64,000 nt of DNA, from positions 15,954-79,953 of the IMG/VR virus record IMGVR_UViG_3300028573_000014; one strand, given 5' to 3'. This document shows, piece after piece, positions 44,280 through 52,634 of the stretch. The stretch is from a virus. The notes beneath the pieces are model-generated. The model did no database searches. It had not been told where the DNA came from and was given only the letters and a program-made list of their open reading frames with translations. The stretch's first letter is position 1; the number at the start of each line of letters is the position of its first letter. A program made the translations under genes and the position numbers.

Positions 44280-45899
44280 ATGACAGTAACAAACAACATG
44301 CGCCAGAATTGGCAACAATTGAGCGTAAAAAGCAATAATCCTGATTTCAAGCCTTTCTATGTGCCAATGGCGACAAGCTACCAGGGACGGCGCGCCAATT
44401 ATGATTATGCAAGGGTTGAGTATACTTTCGAGTACTGGGCAAAGTCATTGCAAGGCGAAGCGTCGAATGATCCTTACCTGAGCAATCATGATACAGCATA
44501 CTTCGCCGACGAATACCGGCAGGCTTATGAAAAGTTTTTAGATAAGTTTGCCAGCATCGAAGCAGACAAGCGCCAAAAGGATGAGCACGCGGTAAGGATC
44601 GCGCTATATCATGCCAACGTGGCAAACGAAACAACATTCGACATTGCCAGCTATGCCAACGATATGATCTCGGATTATGAGCATAGCGCCGGGTCAATTG
44701 TGTCAAGTGTCCTCCAGGAGAATTTAGAGCAGGCGCTTAAACTGCTAGAAAAAGGATACGGTAAAACGCCAGATCAACATATGGTGCAGATTAAATCTGG
44801 CAAGTATGAATTGCAATTAACTGCTACCAATGGTTCTATGTGGTTACAAACTGGCGTTACTTATGCGCCAGGGCTGCCGGTTAATATCTTCCTTCCCGCG
44901 AAGCGCTTGCAAGACCTGGTTAAGGCATTGCCAGCATTTAGAATCGATATGAATACCACGACGCGCGAAGTTGACAGTATTAAGCACTTATACGCGCCTG
45001 CTTTGCACCTTGTGTCTGGTTGCGCTAGTGCCAATGTGATCGGCACTAGAACGCCTAAAAAGGTGCGGGAAATGCCAGCGCTACCAATTGGTGACTATAT
45101 CCTGATTAATGATGTTATTGGCTTTCGTAGCAAGTTGGAGCAGGCGCTTGCAATAACGGCAAAAAATGATCGTCGCCCTATACTCGAATGTGTAAACCTC
45201 AAGATTGAGAATAACACGCTATCGATTGTCGCCGCGGATGGCTGGCGCTTGTCGGTAGATAAGATCGAAGTTGAATCGGGCGATATCGCTGGCAATTGGA
45301 ATTTACACAATACTGATATCCGCGCTTTACTGGCAATACTGCCAGCCAAAAACGCTCAATCTACATTGACTCTAAGCACGGCGGGCGAGTGTATGTTTTT
45401 TGTGTATGATCGCGTGATTGCCTGCTTTACCGCTGTTAAGGGAAAGTTTCCAGATTATGATCAGATTATTCCTCGTCAACCTGCTATGAACGTAGCGTTA
45501 AACCTTAACGATACTATCCGCCAGATAAAGAGTCTCAAACCCTTCTATAAGGAAAGCGCTAATACTGTCAAAATTGAGATTGTCCAGGGGACAAGCGGCA
45601 ATATATATCATGATCCTGCTACCGTAACACTGAGCGCCACAAGCCAGGAAAAAGGATCTAGAACGGTAGAGCTTAGAGCAGGCGAGTCAACCGGTAATAT
45701 CAAGGCTTCGGTCAATGGTGCTTACTTGCTGGAGATACTCGAAAAAATGGCGAAGGCGCTACCCAAAACAAAAAGCACCATTGAGCCTTCCTTCCTGCTC
45801 AGTTTGAGCGATCAAGCACCCTGGAAGATCGACTCGTGGGACGCGCAAGGCTGCCCGGGTACGACTTATGTTATTATGCCAATGAGTGAACCACGCTAG
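44280..45899 (+). CDS. dnaN: DNA polymerase III beta sliding clamp homologue with N-terminal extension
   Basis: RRPILECV, VAADGWRL, GKFPDYDQIIP, VNGAYLLEIL, YVIMPM; ~135 aa extra N-terminal domain. Confidence 0.85.
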   Translation: MTVTNNMRQNWQQLSVKSNNPDFKPFYVPMATSYQGRRANYDYARVEYTFEYWAKSLQGEASNDPYLSNHDTAYFADEYRQAYEKFLDKFASIEADKRQKDEHAVRIALYHANVANETTFDIASYANDMISDYEHSAGSIVSSVLQENLEQALKLLEKGYGKTPDQHMVQIKSGKYELQLTATNGSMWLQTGVTYAPGLPVNIFLPAKRLQDLVKALPAFRIDMNTTTREVDSIKHLYAPALHLVSGCASANVIGTRTPKKVREMPALPIGDYILINDVIGFRSKLEQALAITAKNDRRPILECVNLKIENNTLSIVAADGWRLSVDKIEVESGDIAGNWNLHNTDIRALLAILPAKNAQSTLTLSTAGECMFFVYDRVIACFTAVKGKFPDYDQIIPRQPAMNVALNLNDTIRQIKSLKPFYKESANTVKIEIVQGTSGNIYHDPATVTLSATSQEKGSRTVELRAGESTGNIKASVNGAYLLEILEKMAKALPKTKSTIEPSFLLSLSDQAPWKIDSWDAQGCPGTTYVIMPMSEPR

Positions 45900-45920
45900 A
45901 AAGTTGCTATACTTTGGTGA

Positions 45921-45949
45921 TTGACAGATAATTGTCAATCACCTATACT
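45921..45949 (+). promoter_or_regulatory. Early sigma70 promoter P4 inside a perfect 11-bp inverted repeat
   Basis: TTGACA-17-TATACT; GGTGATTGACA-GATAAT-TGTCAATCACC. Confidence 0.85.
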
Positions 45950-45985
45950 AAACCTACACGACGCGAACAATTGGAGAAAACAACT

Positions 45986-46648
45986 ATGTATAAATCAAAC
46001 GACACAACCAGCAAAGTTAAGACCCTCGCCGACGAACTTTACAGCGCCTTCCAGAACGACAAGCGCAACGATGGGACAGAGTTTGTACATTTGAAGGATG
46101 GATCGCCAGAATGGATGACTCAGGTTATCCACACGGCACACGGTGACAAGTTCCCCGATGATACCGTTTACGAATTTGTATATCGCGCGGCGATGGCGCT
46201 GGCAGACGCTGGCGATTATTTACAGGATGCCATCTCGGAGATTGAGCCAGATATCTATACTCATGATTTAACCGCGTGGCTTCATGCACGGGTGGATCAC
46301 ATTGAGTATATTGATCAGGCTATCTCGGAATTCGGGCAATTTGACAGCGGTTTCAACCTGCTCTCAGCGGCCCAGAAAATGCAGATCGATGAGATTAGTT
46401 ACAGTGTACTGTCAAGCCTGGAAAGCCTCGCAGATGACGCAATAGAGGAAGAATACCAGGCAGACGAAGAAGAAGAATCACACGGCTTTGACTGGGATAA
46501 TTATCCGCCGATTCAGTCTCGATTTTACTTCGATCAATTGTGGAAGGGACGCGATTATTTGCTGGCGGATGTTCACAATAACGATCTAGTCCTGGCTGAT
46601 CTCGATTATTGGTTCTGGCTTGATACCAATACCTACAGCGCCGAATAA
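45986..46648 (+). CDS. Ocr-like acidic DNA-mimic anti-restriction protein
   Basis: Very acidic; LQDAISEIEPDIYTHDLTAWL motif and DDAIEEEYQADEEEE tail resemble T7 Ocr homologues; early promoter. Confidence 0.6.
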   Translation: MYKSNDTTSKVKTLADELYSAFQNDKRNDGTEFVHLKDGSPEWMTQVIHTAHGDKFPDDTVYEFVYRAAMALADAGDYLQDAISEIEPDIYTHDLTAWLHARVDHIEYIDQAISEFGQFDSGFNLLSAAQKMQIDEISYSVLSSLESLADDAIEEEYQADEEEESHGFDWDNYPPIQSRFYFDQLWKGRDYLLADVHNNDLVLADLDYWFWLDTNTYSAE

Positions 46649-46722
46649 GCCAGCGTAAACCGCGCGGACCTGGCAACAGGTCCGCTATACCTCATCAAAG
46701 CATAAGAGAAGGCTAAAACACT

Positions 46723-47364
46723 ATGAAAACAGACAATATACACGGCTTCACAGTAGGACCAGCAAAGATCGGCACAAACAAGATCGCTATCACACGAATC
46801 TCAACCGGTAGGGTTGTTCGCTCCTTCAATGCTAGCGATGCTTATACCAATTGCCAGCAGGCGCTTGAATGGCTCAAGGAAAACAAAAAAGGCGCTCCGA
46901 TCTATGTCTCCGACTCTGAGCCGAAATTCTCGCAGTATGTGATCGATCATCCTGGCAATGGATACTATGATAAAGCGACCAGCAAGCGCATTAACGCGGC
47001 AGCCCAAAAGATCGAGGCGATCAAGTATCTGCAAACCATCGTTAAACCAGGCCAAACCGTCTCGGTCTCGCTGGTTAGCGTGGCACGCTCCGGCCTGAGC
47101 AGGCGAGTCAAGTTGTTCTATACCGTGAAGGGTCAAAACCTGAATATTACAGCCTGCGCGGCGACTATTCTGGGCTGGCATTATGACGGGGACTCGGTGC
47201 GTGTCGATGGCTGCGGCACAGATGCGGCGTTCCAGGTTGTGTATCACCTTTCCAGCGCTCTATACCCGAAAGGCGCAAAAGTGCCCGCCAGCTATCGCGG
47301 GAAGAAGGATGCAAGCGGTTTTGTTCGTGATGGCGGTTATGTTCTGCTGAATCGCTGGCTATAA
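46723..47364 (+). CDS. Early hypothetical protein
   Basis: SVARSGLSRR...RVDGCGTDAAFQVVYHLS phage family pattern. Confidence 0.6.
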   Translation: MKTDNIHGFTVGPAKIGTNKIAITRISTGRVVRSFNASDAYTNCQQALEWLKENKKGAPIYVSDSEPKFSQYVIDHPGNGYYDKATSKRINAAAQKIEAIKYLQTIVKPGQTVSVSLVSVARSGLSRRVKLFYTVKGQNLNITACAATILGWHYDGDSVRVDGCGTDAAFQVVYHLSSALYPKGAKVPASYRGKKDASGFVRDGGYVLLNRWL

Positions 47365-47424
47365 ACTGACAGATCGCACGTAAGCACGCTATACCCGAAA
47401 AGCAATAGAGAAAGACAGCGCAAC

Positions 47425-48306
47425 ATGAAAACACAATTGACTCCACGGACAAGTATCAAGACTATTCAGCAAATGATCGCAGATGATTTCCAGGTCTTTA
47501 TCGACAATGATCTGGCTGAAAACATCCGCAAGCACGCAGGCCGCGATCTGATCGTGTGGACTCCTGATCATTTAAAGTGTGTAGCCAATGATCTGCAACT
47601 TGAGATTATGACTAACAGCATTGTGTGGTTTGGCACTGGCTATACCAATAAGGAATGGAACATTGAAGCGCCAAACCAGATAGATGATTGGAATACTGTT
47701 ATCAACCATCTCACAACGCCAGAGTTTGATCCCTTCGTGGATGAGTGGCACGCCGATCAACTTCGCGGTGCATCGTTTGAGTTTGTGCGCACCTTCCTGG
47801 ATCAGTCTAATAATGATTATTGGTACTGGGAAGACTACAACGTATACCCGTTTGAGCATCAGGCGCAGCCCGTTGTCAAGTTGACCGCGTATCGGCTCGG
47901 CCTGCTGCGAGATTGTAACCGCGAAAATGGGATCGATGCGCAGACATTGACGCGCTTTAAACCACAGGCAAAAAGCGCTGTAAACTGGCTCATCCGACAG
48001 GGACTCATGATCAAGCATAAGAATGGCGACATGTTTGTAGCCCTTCTGGGTGAACAATACCTTATCCTGTACGCCACCAACGCGCAGGCAGCCAACGATG
48101 ATGAGATCATGGAAGTTGGCGAAGCTCGCCATATACTCGCAAAAGCTATCATTAACCAGACCGAAAGCGATACCGATGGAGATAGCTTCGGGGACTGGGC
48201 TTTCGGTGGCGGCATCTGGGACTCCTGCCAGACGGTTGATCAGGCATGGGATCAGGTTGTCCTTTTTGCTCAGCAGTGGGACGATCTGAGCCAGCAGGAT
48301 TATTAA
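47425..48306 (+). CDS. Hypothetical protein with wHTH-like segment
   Basis: Long ORF; KLTAYRL...LIRQGL. Confidence 0.6.
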   Translation: MKTQLTPRTSIKTIQQMIADDFQVFIDNDLAENIRKHAGRDLIVWTPDHLKCVANDLQLEIMTNSIVWFGTGYTNKEWNIEAPNQIDDWNTVINHLTTPEFDPFVDEWHADQLRGASFEFVRTFLDQSNNDYWYWEDYNVYPFEHQAQPVVKLTAYRLGLLRDCNRENGIDAQTLTRFKPQAKSAVNWLIRQGLMIKHKNGDMFVALLGEQYLILYATNAQAANDDEIMEVGEARHILAKAIINQTESDTDGDSFGDWAFGGGIWDSCQTVDQAWDQVVLFAQQWDDLSQQDY

Positions 48307-48307
48307 A

Positions 48308-48685
48308 ATGAAGCCATCCGAGATCATCCAGATGTTAAAGCAGGTCCGCAGCGAAGGCGATACATTTATCATCGTCTCAAAGAGTGGCTATACCCAGGTG
48401 GGATTAAAGCCACAGATAGGGCGTACCATTAACATCACCGGTGCGGTGCGCTTCGCCTTCGATTTGCCTTATCAGGGTAAGTGCATCCACGCCACAGGCG
48501 AAGCGGTGCAGGCGCTCTTGGATGGTCTCGAACCGAAGCGGCTACCAGTGGCAGCCAGGCCAGCGCCAAAGAAGGCTGCGCCAGTCGTGGAGGCTATACC
48601 CGATTTTGATACGATGAGCAGTGAAGAAGTGATCGCATGGATCGAGGCTCATCCCGATGCAATATCCGCTGCAAAGGTTATATAA
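48308..48685 (+). CDS. Hypothetical protein
   Basis: Coupled ORF. Confidence 0.55.
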   Translation: MKPSEIIQMLKQVRSEGDTFIIVSKSGYTQVGLKPQIGRTINITGAVRFAFDLPYQGKCIHATGEAVQALLDGLEPKRLPVAARPAPKKAAPVVEAIPDFDTMSSEEVIAWIEAHPDAISAAKVI

Positions 48686-48694
48686 GGAATCACT

Positions 48695-48970
48695 ATGGAA
48701 ATTAAAAAAATGAAACTCAAGAATCTGCTTATCATGAGGCTGATCCAGGAGCATTCCAGGGACGTTGATATACCTTTCTTCGTTAGTCGAGTCGTCAGCG
48801 GGGAAAATGTTGAAGTTGTAGCCGCCGATCTCGCTAAACTAATGGATTATCACTTCAGCGAAATCACTCGCTACCCATATAGCAAATGGGGCAATTATGA
48901 AACACTGATGATCCACTATACCGCTGAATACCCTGAAGTGTTGTCTGGACTGGTGGCAACATGCAACTAG
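48695..48970 (+). CDS. Hypothetical protein
   Basis: SD TAAGGA. Confidence 0.5.
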   Translation: MEIKKMKLKNLLIMRLIQEHSRDVDIPFFVSRVVSGENVEVVAADLAKLMDYHFSEITRYPYSKWGNYETLMIHYTAEYPEVLSGLVATCN

Positions 48971-49251
48971 AACCGCTCCCCTGGGAAACCGCCACTGTAA
49001 TTCGCTCTGTCTCCGATGATGGCGCTGTATACGCTGTCCAGGTCGTGAGCAGTAACAAAGATCGTGAGTTTATCCTTGATATACCGCTTCCGATGGCCCG
49101 TGATCTGGGCTGGGATGTAAAAGAAGTGAGCGGCGTACCCTGGATTATTCTCGAAACGATGATGGGAATCTATTTTACCTGTGATATACCCCTTCCAATG
49201 GTTCGCCCATTGGGATGGGATGCAATGCTCGATTTATATAAGGGAGTCTAA
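48961..49251 (+). CDS. Hypothetical protein with internal DIPLPM..LGWD repeat
   Basis: DIPLPMARDLGWD / DIPLPMVRPLGWD. Confidence 0.5.
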   Translation: MQLEPLPWETATVIRSVSDDGAVYAVQVVSSNKDREFILDIPLPMARDLGWDVKEVSGVPWIILETMMGIYFTCDIPLPMVRPLGWDAMLDLYKGV

Positions 49252-49253
49252 CC

Positions 49254-49496
49254 GTGGACGAAATGCTAACCGTGAAGGAAGTCTCAGAATTGTCGGGTAT
49301 CCACAGCGATACCATCTCGAAATATATCAGCGGCGCACGGGAGCCTCGTCTCAAGGCTGAACTGGGACACGGTGATGATGGTCGTGTGCGCAATTACTTC
49401 AAGCGCGAAGTCGTAGAAGCCTGGGTCAATGAACTGAAAAGACGGAAGTTGACCGAGAAGCGCGGACGCAAAAACAAAGTGATGCCCACCTACTAA
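49254..49496 (+). CDS. Excisionase/MerR-like HTH DNA-binding protein
   Basis: MLTVKEVSELSGIHSDTISKYI...FKREVVEAW. Confidence 0.75.
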   Translation: MDEMLTVKEVSELSGIHSDTISKYISGAREPRLKAELGHGDDGRVRNYFKREVVEAWVNELKRRKLTEKRGRKNKVMPTY

Positions 49497-49525
49497 AATC
49501 GTTCGGTAACTATGAGGATTAGACT

Positions 49526-49834
49526 ATGATCACAAACAAAGAGGTAAAACTCGCCATTGGCGATTGTCCCGATGATCGCACTACCGAGGCACTTGAGGCG
49601 CTGGCCAGCTATACCTTTGAGCTTGAGGCTCGTGTGGCTGCGCTCGAAATGAAGCTGGCCCGCCTGCTGGATGCTGTGCCCAGCGCTGGCTTTACCGAGA
49701 GTCAACCCATCATCATCCCTGCTCAGCCTTCGATGGGGAAGTCTACCACTGTACGCGATCTGGCTATTGAGGCGGGAATTCTACCTGAGCGTGGCTTTGA
49801 GGATGAGAAGGGCAGTCCGAACCGTAAGGACTAA
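49526..49834 (+). CDS. Small coiled-coil protein carrying a DnaB-like Walker A peptide
   Basis: LDAVPSAGFTESQPIIIPAQPSMGKST. Confidence 0.55.
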   Translation: MITNKEVKLAIGDCPDDRTTEALEALASYTFELEARVAALEMKLARLLDAVPSAGFTESQPIIIPAQPSMGKSTTVRDLAIEAGILPERGFEDEKGSPNRKD

Positions 49835-49840
49835 TTAAAC

Positions 49841-49875
49841 ACAAATGCCCCGATAAGTTGATCGGGGCATTTGTT
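49841..49875 (+). terminator. Intrinsic terminator-like hairpin
   Basis: 14-bp stem ACAAATGCCCCGAT/ATCGGGGCATTTGT. Confidence 0.6.
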
Positions 49876-49913
49876 GCGGCAAAAGAGAAACATATCGCGA
49901 AGGGGAGTATAAC

Positions 49914-50804
49914 ATGGATATTGAAATTGCACTGGATATTATCAACAAACAGCAGGATGCCTGGATGAATACCAGCAATGATCCGGTTCGCTTCGATATA
50001 TGGGATGGTCTCGAAGCTGCGAAACGTCGCATTCAGGCTGCGATCATTGTCGCGGTGCTATGCCATTGGGGCGAAGCTACCGTACAGGCGCTAACGGCAT
50101 CACCGTTTGCGGTAGGAGACCGGGTAAAGCATCGGGACGGCACGATTGGAACAGTCATTGAGAGTCGCGGCGGGGATGCATGGATTCGCGTCAGATGGGA
50201 CAATCCCGATATATGTATGTATTGGAATCCAGACGTAACATCGCACTACTACGATCCGTTCGGATGGCTCACTGCTTTGCTGAGGGATGTCTATACCGCA
50301 AGCCTCTATCACGTCAACTCAACTTATGTAAATGGCTGGGGACACGATGATCCAGACTTTGAAACATGGTTGGAGACTGTGGATTACATTACATATGACA
50401 GCGATGGCGATTCCTATGTCCACTATAACTCTGAACGTTTCCCAGACGGCTATTGCTGGCATTATCTGCGTCCCAATGACCTGCGCGGCAGCAATCCAGC
50501 AGGTCCAGTGGATGGGTATCCTGAACCTGCGCAACCTGCGCCGAAGCTAAGCAACGCAGGCTGGAAGTTGCTCAAGTTTGCAGCAGAAGTCAAAGAGAAT
50601 CCACGTGCGCAATATGAAGGCTTGCCTCCCAGCGCTGCCAATCGGGCTTTTGTAAAATTCGATGGTTCTCTGGTGCTCGGCTGCTATGACACTAGCTATA
50701 ACATTGCCAAACCGCTCATCCGCGCTGGCCTGCTGGAGAAGTTCGATATTTACTATATACGCATTACATCCGCTGGCATCGAGGCGCTGAAAGCACATGA
50801 CTGA
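49914..50804 (+). CDS. Multi-module hypothetical protein (SH3/KOW-like + wHTH)
   Basis: FAVGDRVKHRDG.IGTV; LIRAGLLE...ITSAGIEAL. Confidence 0.6.
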   Translation: MDIEIALDIINKQQDAWMNTSNDPVRFDIWDGLEAAKRRIQAAIIVAVLCHWGEATVQALTASPFAVGDRVKHRDGTIGTVIESRGGDAWIRVRWDNPDICMYWNPDVTSHYYDPFGWLTALLRDVYTASLYHVNSTYVNGWGHDDPDFETWLETVDYITYDSDGDSYVHYNSERFPDGYCWHYLRPNDLRGSNPAGPVDGYPEPAQPAPKLSNAGWKLLKFAAEVKENPRAQYEGLPPSAANRAFVKFDGSLVLGCYDTSYNIAKPLIRAGLLEKFDIYYIRITSAGIEALKAHD

Positions 50805-50917
50805 CCTGCAAATCATCGGTGCAATTATCGTCCTGGCAATCTGCCTCCACCTGATTGTAGAATACAATCGGCGTGATACAATGTAACTGTTTTCTCCAGT
50901 AGCATCGCTACCGGAAT

Positions 50918-50951
50918 AAAGAGAGTGGAGTCGTGTCCGCTCTCTTTTTTT
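50918..50951 (+). terminator. Intrinsic terminator
   Basis: GAGAGTGGA/TCCGCTCTC stem followed by T7. Confidence 0.7.
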
Positions 50952-50971
50952 GTGCTATACTCCTTTTATTC

Positions 50972-51046
50972 CCCCACTTAGCTCAACGGTAGAGCGCCCG
51001 TCGGAACAACGGGAGGTTGGTAGTTCAAATCTATCGGTGGGGACCA
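50972..51046 (+). tRNA. tRNA-like gene, nominal anticodon GAA (Phe) with non-canonical anticodon loop
   Basis: Full cloverleaf: CCCCACT/GGTGGGG acceptor, GCTC/GAGC D arm, CCCGT/ACGGG anticodon stem, GGTAG-TTCAAAT-CTATC T arm, encoded CCA; loop CGGAACA (G33, C37); TG-C-TATACT extended -10 upstream. Confidence 0.75.
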
Positions 51047-51081
51047 AAAAGCACCGTGCAAAAAATGCACGGTGCTTTTTT
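51046..51081. terminator. Bidirectional terminator at convergence of early and replication blocks
   Basis: AAAAAGCACCGTGCA-AAAAA-TGCACGGTGCTTTTT. Confidence 0.85.
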
Positions 51082-51140
51082 AGGTGGGGGCTAGCAGACC
51101 TCACTCTATATACAGGACAACGCTCGACCATCATAGCACC

Positions 51141-51377
51141 TCAAGGCGTTTTGTGCCACTCTCCATTGATCAGATAACCGATATATCTGGCTGCCGGATC
51201 TACAATGCTCGGAGACACTGATATACTGCCATCATCTGAATTCTCAGTCACCACATGCAGAACCAATGGTAGAATGTTACCGCTCGGACAGCACACCCAC
51301 CATTTACCGTTTATATCCTGCCCGTAATCGCCAGGGTCCAGAGTCAGGATATTCTCGTCATCTGGATATACTCGCAT
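51141..51377 (-). CDS. DUF6527-like protein
   Basis: DGSISVSPSI...GYLINGEW. Confidence 0.5.
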   Translation of the reverse strand: MRVYPDDENILTLDPGDYGQDINGKWWVCCPSGNILPLVLHVVTENSDDGSISVSPSIVDPAARYIGYLINGEWHKTP

Positions 51378-51379
51378 TG

Positions 51380-51637
51380 TCAAACCTCGCGCCATATACC
51401 TTTGGTCAGATAGCCATGCCATTGCTTGCCATCATGGCCGGTCATCAGAATGCTGGGCGTAACGGTGATCGTTCCGTCCTCATGCTCGATTACGTCATGC
51501 TTCGCCAGACTGCCAACGCCGAAGCCCTCCGCAGGGACACGCGCGTACCACTTCTCATCTATCGGAGACCGACCATATTCACCCTGATTTACGGGGAGTT
51601 CGTCATCTGCCAGATAGACTCGCTTGCCTGGGATCAT
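51380..51637 (-). CDS. DUF6527-like protein (tandem paralog)
   Basis: EDGTITVTPSIL...WHGYLTKGIW. Confidence 0.55.
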   Translation of the reverse strand: MIPGKRVYLADDELPVNQGEYGRSPIDEKWYARVPAEGFGVGSLAKHDVIEHEDGTITVTPSILMTGHDGKQWHGYLTKGIWREV

Positions 51638-52626
51638 GCTGTTTTTCGTGCCCCACCTGATACGGGATCGATGGCATTGGTCGGTGGAGTCGGTGTCTCA
51701 TCCGTTGGTCGCCAGCGATCATGCGCGACTTTCAGCACATGGTCAACCGTAGCCTGATCGACTCCGCGTTCAGCCAGCAGGGTGATCAGCGCTTTGGTTT
51801 CCGTTGCGCGGAAGTCATTCATTGACCGAAGCTGCTGGATACGCTCATCCACGTCCGGCGGTTCGCTTTCTCCACCAGACATAACCAGCTCGGCATAAGA
51901 TATGTCTTTGGTGGCCAGCGTGTGTTCAAGCGCTGTTTTCTGCTCATCGTTCAACAGTTTGCCTGTTTCGCGGAGCGTATACCGGATTCGGGCGAGAAGC
52001 TGTTGACGGGGCAATTCGGCAGCCTGCCATGCCTCGCGCTGCTGGTGGTGCTCGGTCTTGATAAGCTCAATATCCTGTTTGAGTTTAACAACATCAGCGG
52101 TCAGGTTATCGATCTGCTCGATAAACTTTTTGCGTTCTTCCAACAGACGCGCATTCTCCTCACTGGTTTCTTTGTTGTCCTGGCTGCGATGATACAGGTC
52201 CTGCTTGAGATTTGAGATTTCAGTATCAGCAGCGTTCTTGGCATCCCGCAGGCGCAGCATTTCAGAATCCAGCGTGGTGTTGGCCTGCTTAAGTTCGCCA
52301 ATGGTCCGATCTTGCCCGTTACTGCGCTGGGTTTCGGCCTGAAGCTGGTCTCTGGTCGCATTAAGTTGCGTCTGGAGTTCGGTAGTTCGCTTGGCCTGCT
52401 CTAGCACAAACTGTTCCTGGTCTGCTTTCAGTTTGGCAGTAGCGACATCGGCATCCTGCTTGATTTTCTGGGCTGCTTTGACGGCCTCAGCTTTGATGTT
52501 ATCCTGCTGCGCCTGACTGTCTACCTTAGCCTGCTTACTTCTCGCCCATGAGCGCAATTCAACCGCTAATGCAGTGGCAAGAGCGATAAGCAGAGAAATG
52601 ATTGCGCTGGCTACTTCAGGCGACAT
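51634..52626 (-). CDS. Membrane-anchored long coiled-coil protein
   Basis: N-terminal TM helix followed by ~200 aa heptad-rich region. Confidence 0.65.
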   Translation of the reverse strand: MSPEVASAIISLLIALATALAVELRSWARSKQAKVDSQAQQDNIKAEAVKAAQKIKQDADVATAKLKADQEQFVLEQAKRTTELQTQLNATRDQLQAETQRSNGQDRTIGELKQANTTLDSEMLRLRDAKNAADTEISNLKQDLYHRSQDNKETSEENARLLEERKKFIEQIDNLTADVVKLKQDIELIKTEHHQQREAWQAAELPRQQLLARIRYTLRETGKLLNDEQKTALEHTLATKDISYAELVMSGGESEPPDVDERIQQLRSMNDFRATETKALITLLAERGVDQATVDHVLKVAHDRWRPTDETPTPPTNAIDPVSGGARKTA

Positions 52627-52634
52627 AATTTATC

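Noticed and set aside
39210-47105. AGCAGGCG as a Chi/KOPS-type polar signal or a coding repeat
   Set aside because: It occurs in both orientations and different reading frames
47572-48372. 266-aa minus-strand ORF
   Set aside because: Antisense to SD-bearing plus-strand early genes; no motifs
50972-51046. tRNA as a prophage attachment site, or reading it as tRNA-Pro(CGG)
   Set aside because: No integrase or duplicated 3' end in the window; placing CGG at 34-36 destroys the anticodon stem
51634-52626. Holin/spanin lysis gene
   Set aside because: No adjacent endolysin, and it sits in the replication block
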